A DNA stretch of 16,403 bases, taken from positions 1 through 16,403 of the forward strand of contig JBDRPD010000067.1 of NCBI GenBank assembly GCA_043827405.1, written 5' to 3'. This DNA comes from Elusimicrobiota bacterium (GTDB lineage: Bacteria; Elusimicrobiota; Elusimicrobia; UBA1565). Each line of letters starts with the position of its first letter. Position 1 is the first letter of the stretch. Positions 15,671 through 16,403 of this stretch are shown in pieces. Position numbers and translations under genes: made by a program. A model generated the notes under the pieces. It made no database searches and had not been told where the DNA came from. It was given only the letters and a program-made list of their open reading frames with translations.

Positions 15671-15687
15671 CGTATCCTCCAGATTCG

Positions 15688-15779
15688 TATCATCTTGATA
15701 AGACTGAAAGAGTGTAGTCGAAGACACTCCGAAGCGCGTGACAGTCGCAGGGACAAAATTCCGCCACCGACTGTCACGC
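15688..15779. promoter_or_regulatory. Divergent control region with several inverted repeats
   Basis: Perfect 12-bp IR GCGTGACAGTCG (15736-15747) / CGACTGTCACGC (15768-15779); GAGTGT/ACACTC (15710-15729); TATCA-N3-TGATA (15688-15700). Confidence 0.6.
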
Positions 15780-15800
15780 CGATGTGGGGTTGCCCCAGCG

Positions 15801-16403
15801 ATGAACAACTTAAAGAAATTGCGCCCGCTCGCGGACGAGGTGAAAAGACATATTCGCAGCTTCACCCGCGAAGGCGGCGCGGCAGGATTTCTCTTTTTTG
15901 CATGGCAACTGGCGAGCTACGCGGGCTCGTTCACGGAGACAAAGGCAGGACTTCTGCGTGGCCCTCATCCGATCAAGAACAAGAAGAACCGGAAAAAAGC
16001 TATCGGCTATCTCAAGGGTCTGCTCGAACTCAATATCCTTGTAGGACAGGACGCAGGCGAACAGGTCCAGCAACTCTTCTCCAAGACGACTCGGGACGGA
16101 CTTCAAGGGCTGCTCGACTTACTGGAAGGACGCTTCGTCATCGCGGAGCACGAAGACATTTCGTCCCGGAGGGCTCCGAAAGCAAAGAACTATGGACGAC
16201 ACTACTTCTATGGCGCGATGTTTCCCTACATGGAGGCCGCTCGGATCGGCAATTTGACCTGGCGGCATCGCTGGCTGGGAAAGTGGTGCGCTCTCGTAGA
16301 GCCCATCTCGATTCACTGGAAAGGAATTGAGGAGGAGAAGCTCTTCAGAGGAAGCGGAGTGGAAATCGATACCCTGATCCGCAGCATCAGTGGCTACGAC
16401 ACG
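15801..16403 (+). CDS. Hypothetical protein, divergent from the main operon, 3'-truncated
   Basis: Manually translated: MNNLKKLRPLADEVKRHIRSF...IRSISGYDT, 201 codons with no stop to the window end. Absent from the track because it has no stop. Composition is more protein-like than the overlapping 15695-16330 frame. Confidence 0.72.
   Translation, partial: MNNLKKLRPLADEVKRHIRSFTREGGAAGFLFFAWQLASYAGSFTETKAGLLRGPHPIKNKKNRKKAIGYLKGLLELNILVGQDAGEQVQQLFSKTTRDGLQGLLDLLEGRFVIAEHEDISSRRAPKAKNYGRHYFYGAMFPYMEAARIGNLTWRHRWLGKWCALVEPISIHWKGIEEEKLFRGSGVEIDTLIRSISGYDT

Larger units (their letters stand above)
9036..16403. mobile_element. Integrative element (tyrosine integrase + xis + rolling-circle Rep + two DNA methyltransferases) at tRNA-Thr; right end outside the window
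   Basis: int ends 24 nt from the tRNA. The gene content is mobile-element-like and codon usage looks less GC3-biased than the left part (by eye). No second att copy, capsid or conjugation gene seen in the window. Confidence 0.88.

Noticed and set aside
12963..15680. Similar initiation regions GGAGGA-aca-ATGACAGA (12971) and GGAGGA-tacg-ATGACAGA (15670)
   Set aside because: Mostly explained by the SD plus start codon. The residual match is too short to support a shared regulatory site.
15695..16330. 211-aa plus-strand ORF from the track
   Set aside because: Arg/Ser-rich and runs through the palindromic control region. The overlapping frame starting at 15801 is more protein-like and stays open to the window end.

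Overview
The window has two parts. Bases 1-9035 are GC-rich bacterial chromosome: a partial CDS, an iron-containing alcohol dehydrogenase, an orphan OmpR-type response regulator, and a large secreted Kelch/ZU5 protein with a T9SS-like C-terminal domain paired with a PorV/PorQ-family barrel. A convergent membrane/TPR protein, a lipoprotein and tRNA-Thr(UGU) follow. The CTD-protein plus PorV pairing in high-GC DNA suggests Elusimicrobiota or a similar lineage (inference only). From about 9036 to beyond the window end lies an integrative element on the 5' side of the tRNA. Its minus-strand, mostly translationally coupled gene run is: MerR-type HTH, rolling-circle (HUH, Rep_1-like) Rep with altered catalytic motifs, Zn-ribbon+wHTH, wHTH-fused Dam-like methyltransferase, wHTH, Zn-ribbon, DpnD-like/double Zn-ribbon protein, two micro-ORFs, a beta-class methyltransferase with a Zn finger, excisionase and tyrosine integrase. 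A divergent unknown ORF runs off the right edge. The most notable points are three paralogous wHTH modules (one fused to the Dam-like enzyme), a predicted multi-state RNA switch before int, and the 5'-side tRNA junction. All family assignments come from motif recognition by eye; no searches were run.
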